Source of the DNA: Octopus sinensis
Taxonomy: Eukaryota
Direction: 5' to 3'
DNA: 64,000 nucleotides
Assembly: GCF_006345805.1 (NCBI RefSeq)
Contig: NC_043003.1
Location: 45,136,001-45,200,000, forward strand
The position numbers and the translations under genes were made by a program. Each line of letters starts with the position of its first letter. Positions within the stretch are counted from its first letter, which is position 1. The notes beneath the pieces were generated by a model. The model saw only the letters and a list, made by a program, of their open reading frames with translations. It searched no databases and was not told where the DNA came from. Below, in pieces: positions 12,274 through 26,250 of the stretch.

Positions 12274-13068
12274 TGCGAGTTTATACTTGCGTATGTGTGT
12301 ATGCATTCATGTAATCCTGTTCTATTTGTCTTCATTTCTCCTGGTGCGTGATAATGTATGGTATTAATCTCAGAAAGTCTCTCAGAAATTCCAAGCTGTT
12401 TCTGCTGTAACTCGTTTTAAAATGTATATCATCGCTACCTCACATCTCTTTCTTCATATGCTGACAGCAATAAACATTTGAATTTTCAACATTACTTTAT
12501 AAATCTTGCAGCAAAAATGCTTGGAAGGTGCATTAGATTTATAGCCTCATCCAATTGTTTGATGTATCTCTGTGTATCGTGAGTCTCAGACAGTGTCGCC
12601 ATCTTGCTAGAAATTTATAGATTTAAATGGTCTGCGTGAGCAAATATCATTTGAAAACAACTCGTTTTGTGTTTGATTTGATTTGTTATCGTTCTTGTTC
12701 TTTTGAACTTTAAAAAAAGTATATATATAAGGGAAAAACAATGTGAGTCGATGGAAACCGCTTGTCTTTTAAACTATACTGTTTTCTTCAAATGGTGTTG
12801 TTATAAATTTATGTGTCACCCTTAAAATACAGATGAATGTAAGTTGTATAAGAAATGATAAACATTATTTCTATAAATTTCGCACTGAACTTACGGATCC
12901 CTTATTTAGTCGATGATTTCATTGGTGATAAAAAAAAACATCTATTTGATATCTGTGTCATGAGGAAGACAACAAGCATATGCAAGTTCCGTCGCTGACG
13001 GCGCACCTACAGGTTCCTTTGTGCTTGTATTTTATTTATTCTTTTGTTCGACTGATTTTATCTTGCTG

Positions 13069-13215
13069 TACGAGGAAGTGCTGAAAATTTCCTGGCTTTG
13101 GATAAAAGAGAATAGAGAAGGATCAGTTAATTGTGATTTTATTGAACGTATTCGACTCACAGATTCACACACATATTGCAGCGGTCCTTAAGTTTTCCGA
13201 AGCTCTGGAAAATAA
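13069..13215 (-). mobile_element. 3' end of a mariner-like element
   Basis: TA-CGAGGAAGTGCTGAAAATTTCCTGG TIR. Minus strand encodes KLKDRCNMCVNL*VEYVQ*, similar to the mariner C-terminal L..RW.KC....G.YVE* motif. Confidence 0.65.
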
Positions 13216-14229
13216 CTTAAAACCAGGAACTCTTCAGCACCATCTCGCACGAATGGATCGCGATGTCTAAATCCTAGAGATATCTAGGAAGTTTATCTAA
13301 CAATTCTAGCGGCACTATTTCGGGTCTGTTAGGAAATGAAGCAGAGAGAAAAGGGCAAATAATGGAGAAAGGAACGAGAAACGAAAATAAGTGTAATGGG
13401 GAAGTTTATTAAAAAAATGAACATGGATTTGGATTTTTGAGGGAAAGATTTAAATGTAGAATTTTATTGTTGGTTATTAAATATATCATATCGAGTAAAG
13501 AGAAACATGTGCGTTTGCTTGTACATATCATGGAATGAATATTAAACAATTAATTAGTTGACAGAAATACGCTCGTAAAAATCAATGCCCTATTTTACTA
13601 GTTGTACTCTATTACACTTTCAAATAGTGATCTGAGGCCATTCTTCAGTAGAGCTTCCAATGTTCTTATTTCAATGAAATTTGTTAATTGAAACATTAAT
13701 ATTTACAACAGTTATGTCCATACCAAATCACGGCAAAGTCAGCAATGGAGTATATATGTTGACATTTTACTTGTTAGATATATTATAAAGATTTCCCTCA
13801 AACCAAGTTCATCTGACTTTAGCAAAAACAGAAATATATATCAGTCCTAGCTAAATTTACCTAGTCCTGAAGAACCTGAATCTTATATATGATATTCCTA
13901 TATCATTCTCGTAACCCACTATTCAACATGGTATTATTTATAGCTTTATTTACTTCGAATTACAAAGTTTAAAATGCTTTTATATATCACGATATTTCTA
14001 AATTTTTATAGCGTAAATTACATACGATTCTATTTCTAAAGCGGTATCAGAAAATTCGAAGTATCGTTTTATATTGAAAGATCTGTCGTGTCTATAGAAA
14101 ACATAATTTCCAGTGGCTCGAACAGTCTTCGAAATGTATGTATGTATGTATGTATGTATGTATGTATGTATGTATGTATGTATGTATGTATGTGTGTGTG
14201 TATGTATGTGTGTATGTATATGAGTGAGT

Positions 14230-15340
14230 TCCTACGCTCATGAATTTGTATACTTATGTAATATTTAGGTATTATTATTAAAATTCAAAAAGTTATCTTG
14301 AAGTATAAACTTAAGGCCCTCGATGATACATTCTATTTTTTATTCTTTCCGGGACCCCATTAAGGTATTTATCTAACCAGAACTTAACGGTTTCCAGTCC
14401 ATTTTGATGTGGGATCGTAGAATAAAATTGTACTACATCAAAGGAGACAATAAAAGTTTATTTATTGGTATGTTTGTGGAAATGATTTACTAGGTCCAGG
14501 TCATCTCCTACGATACTTGGAATGTGCTTAAGTATTGGCTTTAAGTGTATATCGATGAAATTGCTTAATCTGTGTGTTTCACAGTTTGGGCCTGCAACAA
14601 TTGGTCACAATGTGAGTTCAGTGGGATGTGGTACAGTGATGCAGGTTGAAGTGGACGTTTTGCAAGCTTCAGTAATTAATTTGCTCTTATGGATTTTCGG
14701 AAGCTCGTAGAGGATGCGAGTTTTGCAATTAAAATTTGTTAGATAGTCGCATTCCTTTGCTGTTAAGATATTTCGATGTCGGCAAATGAGTGTTTAATTT
14801 GGAAATTGTTTTTGAATGTTGGTAGTTGACTACTCTTTCATAGTAGGTAGTTTCTTGTAAGAGGTGAGATACAGAGATTTTGTATTGTTCGGTATCTATA
14901 ATTACGGCTGTACTAACCTTATCTGCTTCCTTGATTGTAATGTCATGATTGTTTTGTAATTCGTAGATGATTTCCTATTCCCTTTTACTGGTATTGGCTT
15001 TAGGTTTAGGCTGTGGAAGTTCACTATAAGGAAAGTTTGAAAATTTGTCGAGAGTTTCGTTTCTGCTTTTTGTAAGATTGTAATTACTCTTGTTGCGAAC
15101 CATTGATTCGTCGTTATTAATTTCCTTGTGAAAAAATTCATCTGTGAGGCGTAATTTTCTGCAAAAGTGAGACATCATCCTGCGTTTCACTCATGTTAGG
15201 GTATTGTGGGGCTGGAGTAAATTTTGGTCCTTTTCAAAGGAGTTTAATTTGTTGGGTTGACAGGTTAAAGCTTGAGAGATTCTCTATTTTTGGTATTTCG
15301 GGTTTGGTATCTACCATCTGGTATCATGGATTCTGTTGCC
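14230..15340 (-). pseudogene. Penelope-like element ORF, N-terminus through the first half of the reverse transcriptase (disrupted)
   Basis: Minus-strand translation gives IENLSSFNLSTQQIKLL*KGPKFTPAP, FCRKLRLTDEFF, LYELPKIHKS, PIVAGPNCETHRLSNFIDIHLKP, SFDVVQFYSTIPHQNGL and LKFILQDNFLNFN. These are diagnostic PLE RT motifs, with stops and frameshifts. Confidence 0.88.
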
Positions 15341-16114
15341 CCGGCCTAAAAGTTATTTCTGGAGATCTTCTGTCTGCAGTATAAAATATATTATATATAT
15401 ATATATAATATATATATATATATATTATATATATATATATATATTTATATATGTGTGTGTGTGTAAGTTGTATTTACAATTAAAGTTTAGGCAGGACATT
15501 TTAAGATGTCATATGCAAACCTTGTTATGTAAAGGTTATGTAAAGTTTCCTTGTAGCGTTCCTGCAGAGCATGTTTACCGATTGAGGCTACCAGCCGTCA
15601 TCCAGAGTAGTGCACTTTCGTTGCTTGATGTACGTAAGTAATTCCTCGGTGCACATTGAGGTTATTCTAAATTATTAATACGAGAAGATAGAGGATAATG
15701 TAAGCTTTATTTAAGACAACAATCGACTCGATATACTTTCGCACTGCACTCTGGCGGGTGGGAAGAAATATACCACGAAATGTAGACTATATAATTTTAT
15801 TTATCCTATATAAAGCTTCCAGTACACTCTGTCTTCCGTAGTAATCATTTAGAATATATGTATATGTATATATGTGTGTGTTTATGTGTGTTTGTGTAAG
15901 TAATTTTGGAGGTCAATCGGTATATGACAATTGGTATCTTGGGTAAAGCGCATTCAAAGTTTGGGCTACCTGGTGTTATCGAAAGTGAGGATATATTTCC
16001 ACTGGGTCTGCATCAGGAATTCCGCAGTGTTAGTTGAGATAATAATTGATGACGGAGTCCGTCTCCTTTATCAATTATTGTTATATATATATGTATGTAT
16101 ATGTATATATGCAA

Positions 16115-16272
16115 GATGAGAAAATGGAGAAATAAATAACAATGAGATGTGTATCTTTGGTGTTATAAAGTTGTTATTTAATTAATTAACTCTCATGTTA
16201 TTTAATTAATTAACTCTCATGTTAATTAAGAGATGCACTTCTCATTGTTATTTATTTCTCCATTTTCCTATC
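16115..16272. repeat. Inverted repeat (~42-bp arms) with an internally duplicated spacer, flanked by (TA)n
   Basis: gatgagaaaatggagaaataaataacaatgagatgtgtatct versus agatgcacttctcattgttatttatttctccattttcctatc; the spacer contains ttatttaattaattaactctcatg x2. Confidence 0.85.
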
Positions 16273-16324
<52 letters not shown>

Positions 16325-16631
16325 TATATATATACATTAAACTACAGTTTACCTTTTAACTTACCTACAACCGTATACCTTATAACAAGGACCATACATA
16401 CTGAGGTAATTACGAGGAGTGTCTCTGGATAAATCTATCTCTTAGACGGTTTTCATACATCTAACTTATAACTTATCTGTATATATATGTATGTATGTAT
16501 ATGTATGTGTATGTGTGCATATCTTTCTGTCTGTCTCTCTATCCCTAGCCCTCTCTCTCTCTCTCTCTCTCACTCTCTCGCTCTCTCACTCTCTCGCTAT
16601 ATATATGACTGTGTATATGTATATATATATA

Positions 16632-16666
<35 letters not shown>

Positions 16667-17055
16667 CATATATGCATGTATACGTTTATATATTTGTTTA
16701 TATATGCGTGTTTCTGCGCGTTAACATGTATTTGTGAAGGATATTCTCATCAAGAAAAAGAACCGCCATCTCGTGTTCTCGGTTAGCCACCCTTTGTGAC
16801 GTTCATACCACCGTAGTGAGATAGCTCATTCCCATTTTATTTACGGCATCATAATGCTACAGAAAATGTCATTGCTTCGCTGGAATCCGCTAACGGCATT
16901 TTCCACAAAATCGCAATATAATATTTGAAATATACACTTAAACGATATAGAAAGTTTATGTACAAATATGTAATCTGTTTTTATGTATAGTCTCTATCAT
17001 AAAGTATACACGCATACATGCACGCACATACACACATATACACATACATATTATA

Positions 17056-17129
<74 letters not shown>

Positions 17130-17212
17130 TATATGTTTGCATGTATATATATATGTAATACCTACATATATATATGTGCGTGTATGTATATATACATATA
17201 TATGTGTGTGCA

Positions 17213-17287
<75 letters not shown>

Positions 17288-19499
17288 TCATGTATTATTA
17301 TGTACATATGTTTGTGTGTGTGTGTGTGGTTGATAAATGTATTTGTGGATACATTATCACACAAATATAGTGTATTTCACTAATGATGGGCTTAACCGTA
17401 GTTATAAGTGTTAATAAAAAGAAGCTTTGATTGAATTCAAACATGAAACGAATAAATATATTACAGCTCTGCTTTCAACTTAGCTTTGTTTACTGGTGCA
17501 AATACTTTGTTTCAAATATGGAATACCTCTCGCTGTACCACCCCCACACGTATTCATATATGTGTATCCATGCTATTGTTATATATATATATACATGCGC
17601 GCACGCACACTCACACAAACATATCTCATATAACTGAAGTCACAAGCGGTCGGTCATCGAACCTGAATGTGAAAAGCAAATAACACAGACCATACAACAT
17701 ACAATTTAAGTGCGTAGATAAATAAAGTTGTTGCACCAACTGATTGGTTCACAAACTGATGACGTACGACGACACGGACAGCAGCTGCCTGCAAGGTTGA
17801 TTCGTTTTTGAACGAAATATTATCTGCATATCTGCATATCTCTAAAATTTCTGCACTCCCGAATACATCGACATGTGACAATCACTGCGTTTGACTTCTC
17901 AGAAGATGCTTTTTATGTAAGATATCAGTAATCTAAATGTTTGTTACTGTATTGAAGATCCTGTGTAGGTGTGAAGCAACAAAGAAAAAAAAAAACAAAT
18001 TCGAAGCAAAATGATAAAATCCGTTTGCGAAAAATGTCCTCAAATTTCGAAATGTAAACCTTTTCCCGCATATAAAATGTGCGTTACAGAATCATGTTGG
18101 ACTCATAAATGCAACTAACTTTTAAATAAATAATGACTTGAATATAACCACTCTGTTATGGTTAATCTAATTTGCTCGATGAAATTTTAATTTGATTTGG
18201 TACATCACAGCCGTCTTGCTTCTGTTGTCATTGTAACGGTGTGAAACAATCAGTAAATCTATCGTTTTGGAGCGATTTCGAAGCTCACTAATTGTTGGAG
18301 CTAATATGGATTAGTACTAGAAAAGAATCATATTTTCTCTCTTCCTTTTCCTTCGGTGAAATACAGCCAACTGCTGATACTGCTGGAAAATCCACGACAT
18401 ATTATCAAGATCTACGCATGTTTGCGGTCAGTTTCAAGACCTTATTGCCAAATTCACAATTTAAACAGCTTGACCTTAATCGAGTATGTAAATATTGCTG
18501 ATAAATCTGGAAAAAAAAAAGATATGGAAGATACGTTTGTACATGCAAGAAGAGAGAAAGTAAAATGTTATTGAGATAAGAGATGCACTAGCTGTTTAGT
18601 ACAAAACGAAATGATGTAAGGACAATTGTGGTCAACAGGTGATGAGAAAGTACGCTAGTAAGCTAGCTCATTGGTACGGAAAATTATAAGAAATAGAGTC
18701 AGTACCATCAAAGTGATTTTAAACGTGGCTATTAACAGAATCATACTGCAAATCTCTAGCAAGTCAAGAACAAAAGAAACCGAAATATTCATGCAGGTTA
18801 CATAGATAGAACAGGGGATCAATTCAATATTACAAGTAATGAAGATAGATATGCATTTGGAATACCATACACAAGATTCGAACTGCATTTTGTAAAACAT
18901 GAATGTTGAACAATAATGTTTTAGTCTAAAATTATATACACCAATAACATAAATGCATGCGCACATGCGTATACTTATATATACATATTAGTCAATCAGA
19001 TTCCAGCACATATGAATTTATATTGCTGAGTTTTTTTGTTTTTTTTTGACGCAGCAGTTTCATAAATCATAAAATGTATATATTTTACCTATGACTGCGC
19101 AGTTCGTCTTCCCATTTATTCTTTATTTAAATTTTATTGTAGAAATTAAATGGCTAATATATTTATTCATGCGCAATTTTACAACCTATCTATGGTATAC
19201 ATACGTTCCTACAAAAATCCATTATTAGTTGGAGATTCTAAGTAGCAAAATTTACATAGTGCTACCGAAGGAGTATTTTCACTCCGAATGTATTGCCGAA
19301 AAGTATTTATGCTCTTCATTCCTATATATTGAAAAAACTAGTTCCTAACGTCTCAGAATTCAGAATCAGTCTTTGACAACTTACATTCGTACTGGGGCAA
19401 CATCTTGATGTTAAATACAAGAATGTCATTTCATGTATCAAGGGTGTATATGTTAAGGGGTCAGTAAGGTGGGTGATGCATTCAGTAAACCCTTAGACA

Positions 19500-20950
19500 T
19501 ATTTTTGTGTATTTATTGGCTAAAGGAAGAAACACAGACATTAATAGTTTATTTTCAGAGGAACTGAAGTTGTGCCGCACGAATATGAATGATATATATT
19601 GAAATGCATTTGATGTCTTCAAAGATATCTGAATAGAATTTAGGCTGGATAAATAGTCCTACAAGACTGTAAAACAAGGAAAACTATGAGTCGTCATTAA
19701 ACATTTCAATAAAGTATCTATTTCGCCTAGAGTGAAGAAAGAACATAAATACTTAATATGGAAAGATGGAAAACTGTTATATGATGGAATTTGTAACATG
19801 GCATGCATTACCAAGAAATACAACACTGGATGGAAGGATGAAAATTATGGTCCTTAGAATTTTCTGTATACCTACAATATTTTGTAAGTTCAATTAGTCA
19901 TACCAGACATGGAACAACTCAAATATGCTAGATGAAATCCAGGACAATCCAGTTTCATCCCGAATACTATAAACATCACGACAAATTTCCATATTAGTAT
20001 ATTCATTGATTTTATGTAGAAAGACAGGAATGATATAGTGGCTTATCATTGATTGAAACATCCTTTGAAAGTTGTATAATATTTCTTCAACATCATCTTC
20101 TAACATACAAGTGTCTAAACATGGTTTTGGATTCAAACTGCATATCTAAGACAGATAACATCATGAGAGTTGATAATCAGCTTCTCTGAAAATATTTCCT
20201 TGCTGATAACATCTAAGGAGATTGAACAGCTCAACAGCAACAAATTATCCGATGAAAAGATTTATGCTCACACTAGCAGGTTTTACATGACTATGTTGTG
20301 GGAAAAATTCAAACTAACAGTAAGGTAGCTAATGAAGGTTATAGTGTCACATACCGAACAAGAATAAGTATATTAACTTACACGCTGAAAAATATGCAAG
20401 TATATTATATGAAGAAAAAACAAGGGAATGCACGACTCACAAAGTGAAAGGAACGCAGCTTAACTAACAAGGTGCTGCAACCGATACTGGATCTGTAAAG
20501 TCAATAGGGAAGAATTCATCCACAGCTTCAGCAGCAATCCGAAAATTATCTATTAATACTATCTATCTAAGACGTATGAAGTCACAGACAATTCATTAAA
20601 GAGCGTGGTCGTTAAAAGGGGTAGATTTGAACAAATATACAAGTGGAAATGGGAATGTAGAGTCAATGTACAATCATAATTCCAATGAGTAGCGTTCAAA
20701 ACGTAATAGGATACATATGATAATCTTGAGGAATGACAAATGACCATGCGTTGATGAAAACTAATTGTCCAACAGATAGTACCCTGTGTTTACAGATAAA
20801 ACCACCAGCCAGATTCAGGTTTATACCTGATATTATAGATGGAGTTTGGCTCATTTCGATCCGCATCCATGCATCAGCAACAATCTTGACAAGATGGATA
20901 CATCAAAATTTGAAAGAATATGGCCAAGTAGGAAAATACTGTTATAAGCC
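19500..20950 (+). mobile_element. Highly degraded R4/Dong RT and C-terminal region
   Basis: INSLFSEELKL..FKDI*IEFRLDK..VKQGKL..EHKYL (compare ISHLLYMDDLKL..KDIGMEFGLDKC..YKYL) and FYVERQE*YSGLSLIETSF (compare LYV.R.EGGRGL). The 3' limit is uncertain. Confidence 0.65.
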
Positions 20951-21225
20951 ATTAATGAAACAATGAATATACATGAAGCATTACGAGATTTTAGAATATA
21001 GCAAGTACATATACAAACGTGTAGATACAGAGTTGCATGTATTTGTGCAATGATATTCATGCTGTCACAGCCTCTTTCATACAAGCATAAACATATGTGT
21101 GTACATACATACATATATATTATATATATATATAAATAAAACATATGCATACGTACATGCATATATGTACATACCTACATCTATATGTATATATACATGC
21201 ATATATATATATATATATAATATAT

Positions 21226-21542
<317 letters not shown>

Positions 21543-22120
21543 CAACACAAAAATGGGGGGGGGAGTTAAGAGATGGTATTCATCAACTTTTACACATTAT
21601 ATTATGTCTATTTATTATTAAAAACCATTATAACAATATACATATATGTATAACACACCATGCTTTACATAGATAATATATAAACATAAAAATACCAGTA
21701 ATTATTAAAAGATATGTCGTAGAGTATAGGACGTTAGAACAATATCCTATAGCTATTTCAGACAACTGGTCATAATACTCCACTTTACTTCCATTCGTTC
21801 AGTGAAGTGGGGTATTTGGTAGATAAGATTAAGGTACTTGGTTGTGCCACTGAGCTTTGTCAGAGAGTTTAGACAAATCATACGGTTAAGTTATAAATAT
21901 AAATACATACATATATACACAGTTTTACATATACATCAATATACATACATACATATCTATACATTTAATGTATATGTATATCAAAAGAGAAATAATAGTG
22001 GAATTTAAATGATCAATCTATTTTAAGATTATTGTAGTCATGTAGGAATGAAAGGGTATATAAATGAGGAATATACACACACACATATGTTATATGTCTG
22101 TCTGCGTGTGTGTGTATAAA

Positions 22121-22157
<37 letters not shown>

Positions 22158-22505
22158 GCATACGTAGATAAATAGATAATTCCTTTGAAAGAGCTATATT
22201 CCTCAAATATAAACATTCTCTTTTCAGCATTGGTGAGAAATTCGAAAGCTAGAGCACGAACTCATATATAAACATAATTAAATTGATACTCCTCATAAAG
22301 AAATACATAGACATATCCTTATTGATATGGTTATATATACACATTCATGTATGTATATTTGTAATAAATACCCACATAAATACGTGGATATGAGTATAGA
22401 TAAAAACATATAAGATCACAAATGTCAAACATATCTAAGTGTATACGTATTATATATAACTGCAAATCTATATTATCTCGATATAACAATACATGTAAGT
22501 AAACA

Positions 22506-22860
22506 AGGCAGCGAGCTGGCAGAAACGTTAGCGTGCCGGGCGAAATGCTTAGCGGTATTTCGTCTGCCGCTACGTTCTGAGTTCAAATTCCGCCGAGGTT
22601 GACTTTGCCTTTCATCCTTTCGGTGTCAATTAAATAAGTACCAGTTACGCACTGGGGTCGATATAATCGCCTTAATCCGTTTGTCTGTCCTTGTTTGTCC
22701 TCTCTGTGTTTAGCCCCTTGTAGGTAGTAAAGAAATAGGTATTTCCATTGTCTTTATGTTCTGAGTTCAAATTCTGCCGAAGTCAACTTTGCCTTTCATC
22801 CTTTGGAGTCGATGATTAAGTACCAGTTACGTACTCGAGTCGGTCTAATCGACTGCCTCC
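22506..22860 (+). mobile_element. SINE family A, full copy plus partial copy
   Basis: ggcagcgagctggcagaaacgttagc..gagttcaaattccgccgagg..tagccccttgtagg. Confidence 0.9.
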
Positions 22861-23081
22861 AACGATTTCTGGCCATATGGCTAGAGTAGAAAAGTACAGA
22901 ATACATGTATGTACACATAATGGAGACGAGTTTTGAGCATGTGAATGTGCCGTATTGTATGGTTGAAATCGATGTAGGACAAACGAGTGAAGGCCAATGT
23001 TTACTGCAACACGAATATCAGTTGGAATTCACTTTCACTAGCTCCATTTTTATTGTCTTCGCTACCCTCATACGTGTATGA

Positions 23082-23116
<35 letters not shown>

Positions 23117-23149
23117 TATGCGAAAGGAACCGATCCCACAAGGCAAAGG

Positions 23150-23700
23150 ACTCAGCTAGGAAGACCATTGCGTCTCACCACAGACCAACTGGAGCAGAGA
23201 CAGTTCGACACCGGCTGAGACTTTTCAATCTGTGTTGACGACGTACGCTTAGAGGCCCCCATCCTCGCAGATCGTCATCCACGGGCATGTCTGCAGTGGG
23301 CTCCAAAACGTCAGAACAGAACATCATGCAATGGGGCGGGATTGCACTCAGCCAGAAAATTGGACCGGTGGTCTTCCAAAATATCGGCGAAGGCCGGGAC
23401 AATGGAATAACTACTGCTCGCTATATCGAGCAAGTGTTGAGGGCTCACTTGGTGTCATACTATGCCCGTCATCGGAATCACGTGTACCAACACGACAACG
23501 CCCGTGTCCATACTACCAATTTGACAACAGAAATTCCTCCAACAGCAAAATATCCAGACACTGCCATGGCCTAATCTAAGTCCGGACTTGAACCCCATAG
23601 GGCACTTGTGAGACGAAATCAAAAGAAGGTTAAATGACATCCGTCGAAGGCTGACAACTGTGGCACAACACACTGCAAGTTTTAAAAGTGGCCTTCCTCA
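23150..23700 (+). pseudogene. Tc1-like (DD34E) transposase fragment
   Basis: WGGIALSQKIGPVVF..RYIEQVLRAHL..YQHDNARVHT, then after a frameshift LPWPNLSPDLNPIGHL*DEIKRRL. Confidence 0.88.
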
Positions 23701-23987
23701 ATCGTTTGCTGCATTCAATATAGAGATATTACCTGGTGGTAATTAAGGCTAACGGTGGTCTCACGAGATATTGAGTTCATCTCCTTGACTCCAAGACACT
23801 CCGTCATGATGAGACACCATCTGACATCAAACATGTTTCAGAAAATGACATTTTATCATTTGGAAAAATCGGTTTCTAAATTAGCACTCTTCAGTCAATG
23901 CTATGTTAATAAATCGGTTTCTGTTTAGTATGTGTGCGACGTTTCTGTCGTGGTTCAGTATATATAAACCAAAAGATACGTTTATAT

Positions 23988-24396
23988 AGGAGTGGCTGTG
24001 TAGTAAGTAGCTTGCTTACCAAACATATGGTTCCGGGTTCAGTCCTTGGGCATGTGTCTTCTACTATAGCCTCGTGCCGGCCAAAGCCTTGTGAGTGGAT
24101 TTGGTAGACGGAAACTGAAAGAAGCCCGTCGTATATATGTATATATGTGTATACATATATATATATATGTGTGTGTGTGTGTGTAATTGTGTGTGTGTGT
24201 CTGTGTTTGTACCCCCAACATCACAATGACACCGATGGTGGTGTATTTACCTTCCCGTAACTTAGCGGTTCAGAGACCGATAGAATAAGTACTAGGCTTA
24301 CAAAGAATAAGTCCTGGGGTAATTTGTTCGACTAAAAGGCAGTGCCTCAGCATGCCCGCAGTCAAATGACTGAAACAAGTAAAAGAGTAAAAGAGT
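23988..24396 (+). mobile_element. tRNA-derived SINE family B with internal (TA)/(TG) tract
   Basis: ggagtggctgtgt..ggttccgggttcagtcc..gacggaaactgaaagaagcc..cgtaacttagcggttc..gactgaaacaagtaaaagag. Confidence 0.9.
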
Positions 24397-24434
24397 ATAT
24401 ATATATATATATATACATATATAAATATATATAC

Positions 24435-24716
24435 ACGGATGCGCTCCTTTGGGGGGATAACAGCACTTTATTATTTCCCCTTCCTTTCAACTCTATTCTT
24501 TTAAATTTTTTTCTAATCATCCACCAAGCTTGACCGTTAAGTCTACAAGATTTTTTGTCATTCTCTCTCTCTGTATATTTTCTCTTATTCCTTTCTGTTA
24601 AAGAGCGTAGGCTCGAAAAGGAATAATCTTTTTCATTTACCTGAGAGTCAAACAAAACACCTGCTTCTTGTTCATACACCAGTCTTCGTCTTTTGGTTTT
24701 CTATAAATTTCAGCTA
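24435..24716 (+). mobile_element. PLE terminal repeat fragment (same family as 27040-27220)
   Basis: ctttctgttaaagagcgtaggctcgaaa..cctgagagtc..gtcttcgtcttttgg; flanked by TA-rich repeats. Confidence 0.7.
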
Positions 24717-24747
24717 TGTGTAGTATGTATATATATATAATTATATA

Positions 24748-24802
<55 letters not shown>

Positions 24803-24901
24803 TAGATGTATATATATATATATATATATTTACAATATATCTATATATATACATAAAATATATATATATACACGTATAAACATATATATAGGCATAAATA
24901 T

Positions 24902-24945
<44 letters not shown>

Positions 24946-25395
24946 TTGTGCGTGTGTGTACGTACATACATACAAACATAGATATATATACATGAATTTA
25001 CATTTATATATACATATACTGTGTCAGTGTGTGTGTGTGAGTGAGTGTGCGTGTGTGCATGTGTGTTTGTGTAATGTGCAGATGTGCAGTATACAAAATG
25101 CCGGCCAAGGAAAACACAAGTCTAGACAAGATTGTACAAAAAGCTTTTGTTTACATGATGTTTAGAGACAAAACTTCCAGCACAAATTTGACATTTCAAA
25201 TGTCTTGCAGTAATCCTTTTTTTGTTTGTTTTACTGTTTAGTGTTATTTTCATTTCTGTTTTGCTAGATTGATTCATATTTCAATCTGGCAAAACATAAA
25301 TGAAAATAATATAACATAAGAAAGGAGTATAATTCTGTATCAATATATCAGTATATATGTGTGTTTGCGAATATGTGTAAGCACATATATATATA

Positions 25396-25600
25396 TGACC
25401 GCGTGTGTACCGCTGGCGATTTTTTTTCCTCCGTCTTCCCTTCCTAACCTTTTCCTATGTTTCTGACGAAGAACTCCGCTCGAAATGTAAAACCCTCCTT
25501 CTTCCCATCCTTCCTGAGCGTCCAATAATACTATATTTGTTCCACGTCTTCGCGTTGTTGTGTTTTCTCTTTGTGTTTTCATGTTTGGATTATCTCTATA
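25396..25600 (+). mobile_element. PLE terminal repeat fragment with hammerhead motif at 25459-25493
   Basis: GTTT-CTGACGA-A-GAAC-TCC-GCTC-GAAATGT-A-AAAC; same family as 27420-27630. Confidence 0.75.
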
Positions 25601-25613
25601 CACACACACACAA

Positions 25614-25663
<50 letters not shown>

Positions 25664-25898
25664 AATTAATTAAGGGTAGAAATGATATTTATCAATTAAG
25701 ACCAGTGGTCTAGCATATTAAAAAAGAATCCGAAGATTAAAATATTTATATATACCAATTAAGGACTGAACACGAAAAGTGGACAGTCAACATGCTAGAT
25801 AGACGTCAAATCGCCATTCACCACAAAAGATTATAATGGCGATTTGACGTCTATATCTAGCATGTTGACTGTCACTTTTCGTGTTCAGCTCCTTAATT

Positions 25899-25906
<8 letters not shown>
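25664..25906. repeat. Hairpin (~70-bp arms, 16-nt spacer) plus unique tail, between (TA)n runs
   Basis: 25747-25818 is inverted at 25835-25906. The tail (caattaagaccagtggtctagcatatt) resembles the reverse complement of the tail beside the 10.1-kb palindrome. Confidence 0.85.
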
Positions 25907-25932
<26 letters not shown>

Positions 25933-25934
<2 letters not shown>

Positions 25935-26250
25935 GGTTCCCAGTTGCACCTCCAGCAATATTATCTATTGCATCTCTTGCTCTCTCTGCAATTCCTTGTA
26001 CATCGGACAAACGGGACGCCGCTTGGCTGACCGGTTCGCGGAACACCTTCGTGACATCCACCTTGCGAACGACACACCGGTCTCACGCCATTTCCGCTCC
26101 ACCGGTCACTCCTTGCAACACCTATCTGTGTTCGGTTTGTCCTTACACAGAGGCCATCCGGATTCCCGTTTGCGCCGTGAACAGGAATTAATCTTCTCTG
26201 TTCGCTCTTATACGCCATTTGGTCTCAACTCTCCCCCCCTCCTCATCTAA
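25933..26250 (+). pseudogene. GIY-YIG endonuclease domain of a 5'-truncated Penelope-like element
   Basis: CTSSNIIYCISCSLCNSLYIGQTGRRLADRFAEH..VSRHF..H..RLRREQELIF..GLN: IY/YIG motif, conserved Arg, Cys/His pattern and terminal GLN typical of PLE endonucleases. The supplied ORF start (25897) lies in (TA)n. Confidence 0.92.

Noticed and set aside
25110-25200. C2H2-like peptide LKCQICAGSFVSKHHVNKS on the minus strand
   Set aside because: Lacks the conserved His positions and linker, and has an in-frame stop nearby.
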